Source of the DNA: Amoebidium appalachense
Lineage: Eukaryota; Protista; Ichthyosporea
Reading direction: 5' to 3'
Length of the DNA: 64,000 nucleotides
Assembly: GCA_963693365.1 (NCBI GenBank)
Contig: CAVNZM010000003.1
Span: forward strand, 15,297,143-15,361,142
Numbering within the stretch: the first letter of the stretch is position 1; every line of letters begins with the position of its first letter. Below, piece by piece: positions 1-20,745 of the stretch. Below the pieces are notes generated by a model, which worked only from the letters and a program-made list of their open reading frames with translations, was not told the DNA's origin and did no database searches. The translations under genes and the position numbers were made by a program.

Positions 1-326
1 TTTTTTTTTTTTGTTTTTTATTGGGGGGGGGGGGGGGGGAGGGGGGGGGGCTTTGTTTGTTGGGGGAAAGAGGGGGGGGGGGGGGGGGGGGGAGGGGGAG
101 GGGGGGGGGGGGGGTGAGTGGGTGGGTGGGTGGGGTGGGGAGGAGAGGCGGAGGGGAAGGGAGGGGGGGGGGGTCTTGGGGGAAAGAGAAGGGACGGGGG
201 GAGGGGGAGCGAGGGTGGGTGGGTGGGTGGGTGGGGTGGGGAGGAGAGGCGGAGGCTTGGGGGAGGGGGGGGGGGGGGGGGGAAGGGATACATAGTGTGC
301 GCATGAAATAAGTTTTGAACTTTCAG

Positions 327-6457
<6,131 letters not shown>

Positions 6458-7947
6458 GATGCAAGCGTGGGTAGCTATTTATGGTATTTATGGCCTAATT
6501 GGTTAACATTAGGTTGTCGAGTCGGTTGTGTGCCATTCCGAACTATTGCTGTGTAAGTTGGGCAGGTCCGGGGGGGGTGGTGGTGGTGGGGGAGGGGGGG
6601 GAGATGGGGGGGGCGGGGTCATATTACGAAATCCTAATTACTTCTATTAAGTTTTCATCTATCATATCTCTTTTTTGCTCGGAAGTGGGGGGGGGGGGGG
6701 GGGGGGGGGGGGGGGAGGGGGGGAGGGGGGGGGGGGGGGGGGTATTATTTTGATAGCCATTTGCTCATCTCAGAATGGTTCAACATGCTATAGAGAACGG
6801 CTTTATTCTGTGGTAACACTTTACCTTAAAAAGTGTTTAATCCGATTTCCCCTTTTGCACGATGTGCAGATTTAAGCATCTGCAGGTGCACCAAAGTTCC
6901 ACACGGAAAATCATCTTGAGTGCAGCCTGGAGTCGCACTCGACAACATTATTGTAATCGGAGACTTCCTTTTTCACCGGGGTCTTTTGAGCCCCCCCCCA
7001 TCCCCCCAGACTTCCCTCCCCGGACCCCCCTTCTCTTCCCCCCCTCCCCCCCCCCCCCCCCCGGCCACCCACCCACACCCACTCACCCACTCCTTCCCCA
7101 CCATATGTGAATATCAGTGTACTGTCATATTTGAAAAATGCACATATGGTGGTGGGTAACAATTGCGACCGCCCGTAATAATTTGTTTATAATGACTTTA
7201 CTGAGATGCTCATCAAAAGAGAAGCTTTCGTGATATTTGCTCTCACAATCTCTTTTTTCTGCTGCCCCTCCCCCTTCCCCCCCCCCCCCCCCCCCCCCGT
7301 CGTTCCACGTTTTCTTCTTTCTTCTCCTTACTTTCCGTCCTGCAGGAAGTTATCCATGCTTCCTTCTGTGTAATGCGTCACCCTTTCTTAATGCTGCTGC
7401 CGAAATGCAAATATGTCCGTAGCAATAAATAGTGCGTAATTCCAGAATTGAAAAAAGCTGAGAGTGAAAGCTTGTGTTGTATTCATCTGTCTTTTGGGTT
7501 TGTGCCCTTTTTTAGCTTCTTGGGTCGGCGGGGGGGGGGGGGGGCGGGAGGAGGGGCGAGGGCGGGATGTTAAGGTAGGGGGAGAGAGAGGTGGGGGGGA
7601 AGGAGGGGAAGTGGATAGGAGGGCCTGGGGTTGGGAGGGGGGTTCGTTCGACCACAGAGGATGGGCAGTCGATTATTTTTTGGGTTTAATCTTCACAAAA
7701 TCCAGTCCAGTTGCTTAGTCTGATCCCAACATGGTAACATCGACCCCTCGCGTTTATCTCCATCCCCCCAGGGGCTTACAGCTAGAGCTGAAGTAGACCC
7801 CTTTTTCCAACTCCCACCCATACCCCTCCCCCCCCCCCCCCCCCCCCCGTGGAATCAACAAGCTTAGATTATTTGCTCTCTTTCTGTACCACAATCAAAC
7901 TCTGCAATCCACATACTTGCATAGTCTCACTAGTCATCCGACACTTT

Positions 7948-8057
7948 GGGCGATTACCCAAGCAAGTGCAGGCCATTTTGGTGGCGTGGGAAAACCTGCA
8001 ACAGTGGTAGGGAACCAAACAACCGTTCTCTTCCAGACGCCCGTTAATGTTGCTGAA
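7948..8057 (+). ncRNA. Putative small structured RNA, array 1 copy 1
   Basis: CCACAATC at 7889 (59 nt upstream). Stem GGGCG 7948 / CGCCC 8038-8042. Hairpin TGCAGG..CCTGCA. TGCTGAA at 8051. Confidence 0.6.
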
Positions 8058-8873
8058 AAAAAAACTCCGTGAGCATGGTTGCCTAGACTTTTGTCAGCCC
8101 CCACTCTGATCCCCCTCCTCCCTCCCCTTCTATCTCTCCCCTCTCCCTCCCCTCCCGCAACCCCCCCCCCCCCCCCCCCCCCGCCACACACACACACACA
8201 CAGACACAGAGACACAAAGGCTCTGACATATGCACCAAAAGAATATGCAACAAAAATACATTTTGGTCACACATTCCTTATTTTTTTGCTCCCCCCCCCC
8301 CCCCCCCCCCCCGGCCCCTTTTCTCTCCCTCTCTCTCTCTCTCTCTCTCCCTCCCTCCCCCCACCCCCCCCACCTCCCCGTTCCACTTATTCTTTCTCCC
8401 AACTCCTTCATTTCCCTCCTGCATTAAGGAAATTATCCCTGCCCCTTCTGTCAAGTGGAAGCCTTCATCTTTTCTGATGGCTGCTTGAACACAAGGTGAG
8501 TAAAAAGAAAAAAAAAGAAAGTATCTGTTTTTAGTTTCTTGTGTCGGTTTGGGAAGAGGTGGGGAGGGGGGATGTGGAGGTGGTGGTGGTGGTGGTGGGG
8601 GGAGGGGGGGGGGGGGGGGGGGGGAGAGAGAGAGAGAGGGAGAGAGAGGGAGAGAGGGAGAGAGAGATGTGTGTGTGGGAAGGGAGGGGGGGGAGTGGTA
8701 ATCGGAGCCAGAAGGGGGGGTTGGGAGGGCGGGTTAGTTCGTTTTTTGGGGAGGAGGCGGGGATGAGTAGAGGTGGCCTCAGAATGTCGGAATGTCGAAT
8801 GTCTTCACTCTTCCACTTCACGAAAGCCTTCATTACTCCCTTGGGGTAATCTAGATTCCGTTGGTTTTATGGC

Positions 8874-9063
<190 letters not shown>

Positions 9064-9490
9064 CTTCCCCAACCCCCCACCCCCCGCCACCCTTCCCTTC
9101 CTCCCTATTCCCCCCTCTCTGAATAAAGAATGCCACTGTTTGGTCCCCCGGGAGGGATACTCGTGTGGCTGGCATGCAAGTAGACAGGGCAAAAGTTGAA
9201 AACTTAAACTTGCACATGGAGAAGTACAGTTCAATCTTATATGGTTTAGGGTGGCTTGTGGAGGTTTGTTGGTTGTGGGGAGGAGGGCGAGAGAGGGGGG
9301 AATGGGGGGGGGAGTTCATATGAGGGGTTGCTTTCAAATTCAAGTTTGGTTAGTGCTCTAAGTTTTTCGTGCAATCCGGCACTGAAGCAATTTCTGGATA
9401 CAATATAAGCAATCTGATTCAACCAGGTCGTCCCACAATCACATACTGAAATGTGTCCCATATGCCTTTTGCTAATATCAAATTGCATCA

Positions 9491-9598
9491 GTCATCTTAT
9501 GAACCATATGTCCATTTTCCACCTCACAGAGGTTGATAAGCCTGCAAAGACTTCCCCGACCTAATGGGAAATGTTGCCCCATGATACTTTAACGCATA
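9491..9598 (+). pseudogene. Degenerate array 1 copy 2
   Basis: CCCACAATC at 9432. GTCAT at 9491 but the 5' stem is decayed. Retains CACCTC..GAGGT..CCTGCA and TTGCCCC at 9574. Paralogous to copy 4. Confidence 0.4.
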
Positions 9599-10264
9599 AA
9601 CTTGTACACTTCTCTCCTCTACTCTTTCTCTAAGCTTGTGTCGGGATTTAAAACGGAAATTAAAATCCTAAAGGAATTTTTGGTTTGTCAGAAAATGCCA
9701 CATGGGGAAATCATTCCTCACGAGGCTGCAGTTGTTCATTTTCCATTTGCCCTGGATACAAACAAATGCTAAAGAAATTGCTCATGATTTAAAAAAAACA
9801 TTAGGCTGGAACATCTCTGTTCGAGGAAACTAAAGCCATTTGTGGTGGTAGGGTGGTGGGTACTCAAATTTCTCCTCTTTCATTTTTTCTTTCTTTTTTG
9901 GGGGGATGGGGGAGCCAGTTATTTCTAGGTTTTTAAGCTTCAAAGAATCCAGCCCAGCTGCTTTGACTGATCCCAACATGGTTACAACTAGAGCTGAAGT
10001 AGGCCCCGTTACGCAATTCCCCCCACAACCCCCTCCCCCCCCCCCTTCTTATTTATATGCAATCAATCACCCCCCCCCCCCCCTTCTTATTTGTATGCAA
10101 TCAATCACCCCCCCCCCCCCCCTTCTTATTTGTATGCAATCAATCACGGTGCATATAGTATACGAATTAATGAGCATCTTTATTTCATTTGCTCTCTTTC
10201 TGTACCACAATCACACTCTGCAATACACATACTTGCCATAGTCTTACTATTCACCAGTCATTTC

Positions 10265-10378
10265 GGACGACAACCCAAACAAGTGCAGCACACCCCAGTG
10301 GGGTGGGAAAACCTGCATCACAGGCGTGGTAGGTTGAGGACAATCCTTCCGTTTTGGACGTCCATTAATGTTGCTGAA
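10265..10378 (+). ncRNA. Putative small structured RNA, array 1 copy 3
   Basis: CCACAATC at 10205 (60 nt). Stem GGACG / CGTCC 10359-10363, a compensatory change relative to copy 1. TGCAG..CTGCA hairpin. TGCTGAA at 10372. Confidence 0.65.
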
Positions 10379-10882
10379 AAAACCCGTGAGAATGGTAGCC
10401 TAGACTTGTATCTGCCCCCGTTCTGACCCTCACTCCCCTCCCCATCTCTCTTTCCCCCACCTTTTCTTTCTTCTTTCTCCTTACTTTCGGTCGTGCTTTC
10501 AGGAAAATATCCATGCCCCCTTCTGTGCAATGTGTATGTGTCATCCTTTCTAATGGTGCTGAAAAGAAAACGTGTCCGTAGGAATAATTAGTGAGCAATC
10601 CCAAAATTGAAACTCTGAGCTGAGAAACAAAGTGTGTTGTATTTGCCTGCCCTTTTTTTTTAGTTTCTTATGTCGGTGGAGGAAGAGGGGAGGGGGAGGA
10701 AGGGGGGGAAGGGGGGGGGGGGAGGGGGGTAGGGGGGGTTAGGGGGATAGAAGGTGGGATAGGGGGGGAGGGGGTACATACGGAGGCAGTAGGCCCCGGG
10801 GTTGACAGTGGGGGTTCGTTCGATTTTTTCTTTAAGGGGGGGGGGGGGGGGGGGAAGGGGGGAAGGGGGTGGGTGGGTGGGT

Positions 10883-10916
<34 letters not shown>

Positions 10917-11094
10917 CTCAGACAGCCTAACTCCTGCACTCCTTCATTCGAATTAAATCCTAATTAATTTAAATCCTATTTAATTTAATTCCGCAGGTTT
11001 TGAGGCCAAAAAATCTCTCTCCCTCTTTCCCTCCCTGCCTCCCGTCCTCCCTCCCTCCCTCCCTCCCTCCCTCCCTCTCTCCCTCTCTCCCTCC

Positions 11095-11243
<149 letters not shown>

Positions 11244-11295
11244 CTCCTCCTCCTCCTCACACGCACACACACACACACACTCCCTCTCTCTCCCT

Positions 11296-11368
<73 letters not shown>

Positions 11369-11961
11369 TCTCTCTCTCACCCACACACTGTGACGTTGTT
11401 GCTCTCTCTCTCTCTCTTTCTCTCTTTCTCTCTGTGTCTCTTCCCCCCACCCATTCTCTCTCTCTTCCTCTCGCTCTCTCGTTCTCCCTCCTCCCTCTCT
11501 CCATCCCTCCCCCCCCCCCCCCCTCCTCCCTCCTCCCCTCCCGCCCCCATCCCCCTGAATCATGGTTGCCAATGTTTGCTCTCCGAAGGGACACTCGTGT
11601 GGCTGGCATGCGTATAAACTAAGGGCCAAAGTTGAAAACTTGACCTTTGCACATGGAGAAGTACACTTCAATCCCATAGGGTTAGGGTGGCTGGTGGGGG
11701 TCTGCTGTTGGCGCAGAGAGGAGGGCGAGAGGGAGGGGAGGGAGGGGGGGGGGGGGGAGGGGGAAGTGCATACGAAGGGGAGAGACTTGTTTTGAGCTTA
11801 TTTGTTAGTTAAGTGTTATAAGCTTCTCATGCAATCGTCGTTGCACTGAAGTTATCTCGGCAAAAAATATAGGCTTAGCCTATCTGATGCAACCTAGTTG
11901 TCCAACAATCACGTACTAAATGTGTCTCGTTTGGATTTTGCTGGTTTGCATCAGTCATCCT

Positions 11962-12058
11962 GGGCGTACCACGTTTTCATGCAGCGCTCACCAAGGTTCA
12001 AAAACCTGCAAATGTCTTTGCCGCTTGATGGGTGACATTGCCCAAACATTGACGCATA
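11962..12058 (+). ncRNA. Putative small structured RNA, array 1 copy 4
   Basis: Variant element CAACAATC at 11903 (59 nt). GTCATCCTGGGCG. TGCAG..CTGCA hairpin. TGCCC at 12039-12043. Confidence 0.45.
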
Positions 12059-12073
12059 AACTTATCCCCCCCC

Positions 12074-12104
<31 letters not shown>

Positions 12105-12355
12105 ACACACACCCTCTCCCTTCTCTGTCCGTTCCCCCCTCGCCCAAACACTTATCAGCTCATCAGCGTTCGTCAAATAAGGTTTTTTTGGTTTTTCAGG
12201 AAGACTAGTTGGGGAAATCTTCCTTTCTTTGCTCAGGTTATCCATTGCTATTTGCCTCAAACCGTGATATACCCATGCTATAGAATATGCTCATGGTCAG
12301 ATAACATCAAGAAGGGGTGTTTTCTCTTTTCATTTTTTCCTTTTTTTTTTTTTTT

Positions 12356-12407
<52 letters not shown>

Positions 12408-12821
12408 CGAGGGGGGGGGAGGGCGAGGGTAGGTGCTGGTGGTGGTTTTGATGGGGGCGGGGGGCTTGGTGACCTGCTAGCAGGGAAGCAGAAGAGAGGG
12501 CCATATGAATGGGGTATGGATATTCTTTCACGCTTCACAGAGCTTGATTCCAATCAGTTGCTTGGTCCGTTCTCGGCATTTTATCACCATCGACAACCCC
12601 ACACCTCTATATCCATGCCCTCTTATAGCTATAGTTGAAACAAACTCAGGTTTTCAATTGCAAACCATTGGGTTTCCGGGCACACCAAGGTCTTATACCA
12701 TCAATGCACGAATACCATAAATATTACGATAGTTGTTTGGGATTTTTGTACCTCTTCTGTACCACAATCACGCTCTGAAATCCACATGCTTGTCATAGTC
12801 TTACTAGTCACCAGGTATTTT

Positions 12822-12929
12822 GGGCGACCACCCAAGCAGATGCAGCACACCTTTGTGAGGTGGTAACGCTGCACCACAGAAGGCACCGCAAAGGTTGTTC
12901 CACCTTGCTTACTCGTTGTTTTTGCTGAA
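12822..12929 (+). ncRNA. Putative small structured RNA, array 1 copy 5
   Basis: CCACAATC at 12762 (60 nt). GGGCGACCACCCAA. Hairpin TGCAGC-ACACCT-TTGTG-AGGTG..GCTGCA. TGCTGAA at 12923. Confidence 0.6.
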
Positions 12930-13049
12930 ATATCCTACAAGACAGCCGGAACTCCACTCTCATCTGCTACCCTCGAGCCCCCCCCCCCCCCCCCCAAAAA
13001 AAAAAAAAAAAAAAAAAAACCATACACACACGCATACACACACACACAT

Positions 13050-13099
<50 letters not shown>

Positions 13100-14227
13100 G
13101 CGCACGCGCACGCGCACGCGCACGCGCACGCGCACGCGCTCGCACTCGCACTCGCACTCGCACACACGCACACACACACAATATAAACACCGTGAAACAT
13201 CACTTTAATGGTCCAGGAAGTCCCTCACACACACACACGCACGCACGCACACACACACACACACACACACACTTTCTGTCTCTCTCTCTGTCTCTCTCTC
13301 GCTCTCTCTCCCTCCCTCCCTCCCTCCCTCCCTCTCTCTCTCTCGCTCTCTCTTCCTCCCTCCCTCTGTCTCTTTATCTCTCTCTCTGTCTCTGTCTCTG
13401 TCTCCCCTTCTGTCGTTCTGTCTCGCTGTGGAATGGATACGGTTATGCATCTGGCACATGCAATCAATGTGTGCCTGCGTATGTGTGTGTGTTTTTTTTC
13501 AAAATTTAATCACATGTACTGTTCCAGAAACTAAACGTTGGTTCCGTGACACAGTAATGAACCGGAGCGAAAACGTAAACGTGCGTGTGCCTGTCACATA
13601 TGCACATACATTAACGATAAGTCATCCGGGCCGGGCTTTATAACTATGGCGGTCCACTGATGATGGCTATAGTAACACACATTTACAAGACCATGAAAAG
13701 CCACTACATGGCCGTGCGGATTTATCTGAGACTCAGAAAATCAAGCAGTACAGCCCAACTCCACCAAAATTCAGCGTCATAATTGTGGTGACTGGTGCAA
13801 GGCAATAAACCTTCATGTGCTGCAGCACAAAACCATGTGCTATCTGTCACCCAAAACACTGATACCGTAATCGATACTGATATACACCGCAGGAAAGAGG
13901 GGCTGGGACCGATACAGTTGAATTTTTGCTTCAGTTTGGGATTTACACACACACACACACACACCTCCCTTTCCCCCAACGTTGAAGAATCACCACACAC
14001 ATCGACACACAAAACAACACGAACACATTGTCAATTCAGGCCTCGTCCCCTGATCATTGCAGCTCCATGCATATGACTCCGACCCCGACCCTCTTCCCCA
14101 GTTCTCACCCACCCATATGCAAGTGCCCACAAAATTGCAAACAAGGTCATTTACGAACAGTAACTCACTGAGTGTGTGCCGGTCATCCACAGCAGCAGTT
14201 CAAATCCGATATTTTCCCGAGTCAAAT

Positions 14228-14240
14228 GTCCCACAATCAC
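14228..14240 (+). promoter_or_regulatory. USE/DUSE-like upstream element (representative array 1 copy)
   Basis: GTCCCACAATCAC resembles plant USE RTCCCACATCG and Dictyostelium DUSE WCCCAYAA. Fixed spacing to the downstream stem. Confidence 0.55.
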
Positions 14241-14290
14241 ACTCTGAAATCTTTAAACCCGCCATTGATTATGCCTCTTCCGGTCATTTT

Positions 14291-14445
14291 GGGCGACCAC
14301 CCAAGCCTATGCATATCACGCTATGCAGTCGTAGACTCTTATTCTCTGATGGTGACGGAGTTTGAAGACGGCCTCGGTGATCGACGAGACGTTTCTCAGC
14401 TTGGCAGTGTCCCATACTATCGGTACGTCCAAATATGCTGCTGAA
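14291..14445 (+). ncRNA. Putative small structured RNA, array 1 copy 6
   Basis: CCACAATC at 14231 (60 nt). GTCATTTTGGGCGACCACCCAA. CGTCC at 14426-14430. TGCTGAA at 14439. Confidence 0.6.
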
Positions 14446-14458
14446 ATATTCATGTGAT

Positions 14459-14492
<34 letters not shown>

Positions 14493-14551
14493 ACCTTGGG
14501 GGGGGGGGGGAAAGAAAAGAAAAAAAAGAAAAGAAAGAAAGAAAGATCGAA

Positions 14552-14604
<53 letters not shown>

Positions 14605-14608
14605 CGAA

Positions 14609-14648
<40 letters not shown>

Positions 14649-15078
14649 GAAGAAAACCAAATTATGAAGACAAAAGTTTCTCGAATATGCATGTTTATGC
14701 ATAGTCGACCCGTGGATAAGGTTAAACGTTTGACATAAGTGTACATGTTGAAACTTCCCCATTTGCATCAAGTGGTATGCTACAGAAAGGGATAATGAAA
14801 GCTTAAGGCTGTGCACCACACTTCTCTGCCGTGATTGGCATAGCTTGGCATTGGGCACACACACACACCCCACATGCAACCGTAGGCATGCAAGCTGCCT
14901 CGTGGTTCTGCACGTGCACAACAGACCCGCGGACACGAAACTAAAAGCATTTTCAACTTTTTAGCTCTCTGTCACCCTAACACGGTACTGTAGTTGACTG
15001 TGACACTGCTATGTACCCCAGGAGAAGCTGGCTAGGATTAAGACAGTTACTATTTTGTACCCCCCAACTCTCCTCCCC

Positions 15079-15116
<38 letters not shown>

Positions 15117-15147
15117 CCCCCCAGGCCCCAGCCAACCAACCAACACT

Positions 15148-15277
<130 letters not shown>

Positions 15278-15391
15278 CCTTTCCATGAAACCTTATGCAC
15301 CAGTCATCCAAAGCACCCGTATCCTCTTGTACCGTACCACAATCACACCCTGGAGTTCTCATAGTTGACATAATGCCTCTTAGCTATTAGT

Positions 15392-15425
15392 GGGGCTTCC
15401 ATGGATGCCCCGAGATATTGCTGAA
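15392..15425 (+). ncRNA. Miniature or internally deleted array 1 copy 7
   Basis: CCACAATC at 15337 (55 nt). Short hairpin GGGGC-TTCCATGGAT-GCCCC. TGCTGAA at 15419. Confidence 0.4.
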
Positions 15426-15597
15426 GAAAAACACGCGATCTAGACATAACAGAGTCTAACCCCCCCCCAGCAACCCTCCCCCCCCCCCCCCCCCCCCCCC
15501 CCCCCACAAAAAAAAAAAACCACCACCACCATCACCACAGAACACAACACACACACACACACACGCGCGCGCGCACACGCGCACACACGCGCGCGCG

Positions 15598-15665
<68 letters not shown>

Positions 15666-15869
15666 CTCAAAATTTTTTAAAGAACAATTAAGTTTGAAAA
15701 AATAAAAAAGAAAGAAATCACTTTGTAGGAGAAATGTGAAGGGTACCCATGCTATTCAACCTTGTAAACTGCAGCACAGTGCTTTCCGATGGTGGTCCGT
15801 GCGCGCAAGGTATGAACGTAATCATTATGTTCATTAGAGATATGTTTTTTTTTTTTTTTTCCATTGTTG

Positions 15870-15924
<55 letters not shown>

Positions 15925-16160
15925 AAAGGGGAGATGGTTCGAGAAAAACACGGGGGGGGGGGGGGGGGGGGAGGGGGGGGGAGGGGGTAAGAGCTGCGCA
16001 CATACGGTATATGTGAGTCATATTCCTGAACCCTACACTATGATGTACAATGATGGGGTACCATAGCACGGCCACGCCTGCAGCCTCTCTTTTTCTCTCT
16101 CCCTGTCGATTTCGCTCTCTCTCTCTCTCATTTCCTTCTTCTCTCACACACACAAGTGCT

Positions 16161-16268
<108 letters not shown>

Positions 16269-16274
16269 CTCTCG

Positions 16275-16306
<32 letters not shown>

Positions 16307-16658
16307 CTCTATGTCTTCTTTTCTCTCCCTCTCTCTTCCTCTTTCTCAATCTCTTCCTTAATTGCTCTCTCCTGAGTCATCTCTCTCTATCTCACCGTGC
16401 TCTCTCCCTCGCCCCCTCTTTTCTTCTCTCCCCCCCCCCCCCCCCCCCCCCCACCCCCCCCCCCCCCCCCCCCCCCCCCACCCCCCCACCAGAGATCCTA
16501 CAGCCTCCGCCTCCGCCCCCCATTCCCTATTCCCTCTCTTTCCCATTACCACAAATATTCTGCACCAAACAAGAACACATGTTGAATAGCTGCGATGTTT
16601 TTGGACGAGGCATGGTGTTTGTCCAGGTTTTGTCTTTTTTTTTTTTTTTTTTTTTCCC

Positions 16659-16716
<58 letters not shown>

Positions 16717-17044
16717 GCAAGCAAGCAAACTGGAACCAAAAGGTTCCAACCAAACTTGCACGAAATAAAAGTTGGTCTCTGCCGTTGTGTTTGTTGTATC
16801 ATTGACTTATTTTCACACGTGCACATATGGTAGTGGTGACTGTGCCGTGCACCTCCACCTGCGACCAAGGCTCCTACATGTTTGGAAAATTCATGGGACT
16901 GGGTGGTCGTGGGCTCCAAAAACCCCTAAACTTCTGAAGGGTTATCTAGAGCATTTTACTAATTATATGGACCCTTCCCCACCCTCCCTCCCGCCCCTCC
17001 CCCCCCTCCCCCTCCCCCTCCCGTCCCGTCCCTCTCTCTCTCTC

Positions 17045-17076
<32 letters not shown>

Positions 17077-17193
17077 ACAAACCCGCCCCTGTCTCCCCTC
17101 CCTACTGTATTTCCATTGCCTTGATCTCTCATCACATCACAACCACCCCTACCCACCTAATTCAAATTAGCCTCTTTATCCCCCCCCCCCCCC

Positions 17194-17231
<38 letters not shown>

Positions 17232-17446
17232 ACACCAAAAAAAATTATTAACAATAATAATAACAAATCACCCATCCACCCACCCATGGTCACCTACCAC
17301 CACCACCCTGAACCCACTCAATCTGTCCCAACCACCGTCATGAACGTTCTCTCTTTTGCTAGACACATGTCACATGTTCCTTTGTCCCACACTCACATGC
17401 AAAGCTCTTTCTTACTTTGTCCCCTACCTTTTCCCATGGTGATGTT

Positions 17447-17608
17447 GGGAGACCATGATCCACCCCCCATTCGCACTCACAAAAGTGAGGTGCTGTTGGG
17501 ATTGCAGACCCCCTGGCTGCATCCATGTTGTCCTTTATGTTGAAACAGCAGATTGGTGTGAATACTGAAAACCAATAAGCTTTAAGGTCGCCCATGAATG
17601 ATGCTGAT
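17447..17608 (+). ncRNA. Putative small structured RNA, array 1 copy 8
   Basis: CCACACTC at 17387 (60 nt). GGGAGACC / GGTCGCCC 17586-17593. GAGGTG..GGGATTGCAGA shared with copy 12. TGCTGAT at 17602. Confidence 0.6.
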
Positions 17609-17655
17609 ACAGCTCCCTTTCCTGACCCCGCGCGCCTGGATCCCCGGCCCCCGGC

Positions 17656-17689
<34 letters not shown>

Positions 17690-17767
17690 CCCCCCCCCCC
17701 CCCAAAAAAAAAAAAAAAAATGATCTCCCCTTCTTCGGGGTATCGTTTGTTTGGCTAGCTGCTTGGT

Positions 17768-17811
<44 letters not shown>

Positions 17812-17917
17812 CACACACACGCACACAGAAACATACACCACCATCACCACCACCACCGCCCCCGCCCCCACGCACCCACACCCCGTCCCCCTGATCTCCC
17901 CCCCCCCCCCCCCCAAA

Positions 17918-17949
<32 letters not shown>

Positions 17950-18341
17950 ACTACCACCACCACCGATCATTCATCCTTTACTATCAAAACATGTCTGTGC
18001 CATGGGAGTGTTATTGACGGGGAGAAAAACGTATATTTAGATATGGACCCTCAATAAAAAGACATATAAGAACACAACAAAAACCGTAGTAGAGAAAGAT
18101 TATCTTCAACTATGATAATCTTTTTCAAAAGTTTTGTTGTATTCTTTTTTTTTTTTTTCTTTAATTTTTCTTGCTGTTGCTGGAAGCCTTGCAAAAGAAT
18201 CCACCGGCACTGGCCCACGTAAAGCTTGAGTACAAGTCCAATAAGGAACCATTTGGGGAGGAAGAAAAGGGAGGGGGGGGGGGGGGGGGGGGGGAGGCTG
18301 AATGTGTGTCTTTGTGTGTCTGTGTGTTTGTGTGTGTTTTA

Positions 18342-18450
<109 letters not shown>

Positions 18451-18509
18451 TGCGTGTGTGTGTGTGCACGTGTGTGTCTGTGCGTGTGTGCACGTGTGTG
18501 TCTCTCTCT

Positions 18510-18599
<90 letters not shown>

Positions 18600-19371
18600 G
18601 TGCGTGTGCGTGTCCACAGTGAGAGTGTGTGTGCGCAGGGCGGGCCGGGGGGGGGGGGGGGGGGGGGGGGGGAGCTACAGCCGGGAGTAGCGTTGTGGTG
18701 GACTTGCCTTTTCACCGCCACGGAGGGGCGGAGGGGGGGGGAGATGATTCCCTGATGGTAAAAAGGTAAATAAACAAGTTGGCGCTGCTGAAGTATACCG
18801 TAGCTGTTTGGTGACTGGTGCAAAGTGCACAACCCTAATGTCTACGGTAGCACAAGCATGCTCTCTTTGTGTCACTTGAAGGCACCATGATTTATAGCTA
18901 TGCAACACAGGGAAGTGGGGCTAGGACCAAGACAGTTGCAAGGTTTTGTTCTTTATTTATCCCCCCCCCCCCCCCCCCCCTCCCTCCCCACTCTCCACCC
19001 CCCCCCCCCCCCCCCCCCCCCCCAACATCCCCCCCCCATCCCCCCACCAAGAAAACAAACAACACCACCCACCAGAAACACACAAACGCGCACACATCAT
19101 CCACACACACACACACACCCAGCCCTAACCATTCTAGCCCTCGTCCCCTGGTGTTGCTTTATGAGTCCGACCTGGACCCGATTTTAGGCTCCCCATCCGA
19201 TGTCACCTGTGTGCCAACAAAATGAACGTATCGCATATGATGACTAATTTGCAAACTTAGAATTGCTCATCCATAGCAGTTGTTTAGGTCTTTTCATCAA
19301 AAATAGTTGTCCCGCAATCACACTCAGGGGATTCCTCTATCCACCGTTGATCCACCTCTAGCAGTCATTTT

Positions 19372-19502
19372 GGACGACCACCCAATCCAATGAATGCCGT
19401 ATGATGCAGAGGGGTTCCATTTCGAGTTATGTAGGGCTCGATGCCGTGGAGATGTTTCTCGGTATGGCCAGTCCACATTAGTCGTCCACACAAGCTGCCA
19501 AA
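19372..19502 (+). ncRNA. Putative small structured RNA, array 1 copy 9
   Basis: CCGCAATC at 19312 (60 nt). GGACGAC / GTCGTCC 19481-19487 (compensatory). TGCCAAA at 19496. Confidence 0.65.
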
Positions 19503-20745
19503 ATAGTCCACCTAATCCCTCCCCACCCCCTCAGACACCCCTCCCCCTCCTCCCCTCCCTCCTCCCCTTCCCCCGGGCCCTCTCCCCCCCCCTCCCCCCC
19601 CCCCCCCCCCCCCCCCCCCAACCTATAAAAAAAAAAAATAAAATAAAAAAATAAGAAAGGAGAACAAAAAATTGAAAGCGAATGTACCTCATAAAAGAAA
19701 GGAGAACAGAGAAAAGGGCCTTCCGTGATTTTTTTCTCAGAATAGTACATTTTAAGGAACCGTGAATGAGTTAAACCGTTGATATCAGGATAGAGCGACA
19801 AGGGGATTATCAAAGCCTATGCTGTGTGCACACTCCTGTACCGTGCTTGGCAACGTTGGGTACACCCAAACACGCTTGCAACCGTAGGCGTGCAAGGGGG
19901 CACATGCTACATCGTGACAACTTATCATACTATCATGCCATACGAGTAACTCATACAATAAGCAGGTGCTCGCCAATCATGGCAGGTGTTTGCAGTGTTT
20001 GTAGCGAGGCTCACAGATGGGATGTGTGTAAGCAAACAACTAGGGAACGGCACACCATCTGGAGCGTGTGTAGATAGGGCGGGCATCATGCTGGGTACTT
20101 TTCTGGCTTTCGAATAGCGGGGCACGCGCGAGGGGAGGGAGGGGGGGCGGGGGCGGGGGGAGGGGGGGGGGGGGAGGAAGGCCGAGGGGAGGGAGGGGGG
20201 AGGCGAAAAGGGGCTAATACCCTAGGGGAATGAACGATACCCCCTCTCTCGTATCAAACTTCAGGCTATTTTTGTCTTTTTTCCCTTTGACTGGCGGGCG
20301 CATTTGAGGTGGCCAGGCGGGCTGAGAATCCATGGTGGAGCAAGTCCAAGATGAGAGTGGGGGGTGAGGGAGGGGAGGAAGGGGAGGGGGAGGGGGGGGG
20401 GGGGGGGGGGGTTAAGAGGGGATGTCAAGTTGTGAGAGAGTGGAAAACTCTATAGAGACCAACTGCAACCTAGTTGATTCCTTGGTCATAGCCTCATATG
20501 CTAGTTTCTATAAACCCATAACCCCCAACCCCACTGCCCCTGTTGGTTTGAGCCGTACCATAAACCTTCTTCCCACTGCCCACTCACCCATGTGCCTTGT
20601 GCCTACAAAACCTACTCTTCATAAACCACCTGCAGCTGTACCAGTCATCCACACCAGATGTTCGAATTAATTGCTTTCTCCTTTACCACAATCACACCAT
20701 GTAATTTTCACACTTGAGCGGGCCTTAGTAGTTATCGTTCATTTT

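Noticed and set aside
14228-14295. SECIS-like AUGAC...UGAU on the minus strand
   Set aside because: The intervening helix does not pair, and the AUGA is missing from several copies and from all of array 2.
16545-16625. Possible 13th array 1 copy (TACCACAAAT...TTTTGGACGA)
   Set aside because: Spacing is about 6 nt short and no 3' stem or 3' motif was found. A decayed copy at best.
18775-18795. Isolated GCTGCTGAA 3'-like motif
   Set aside because: No matching upstream element or 5' stem was found.
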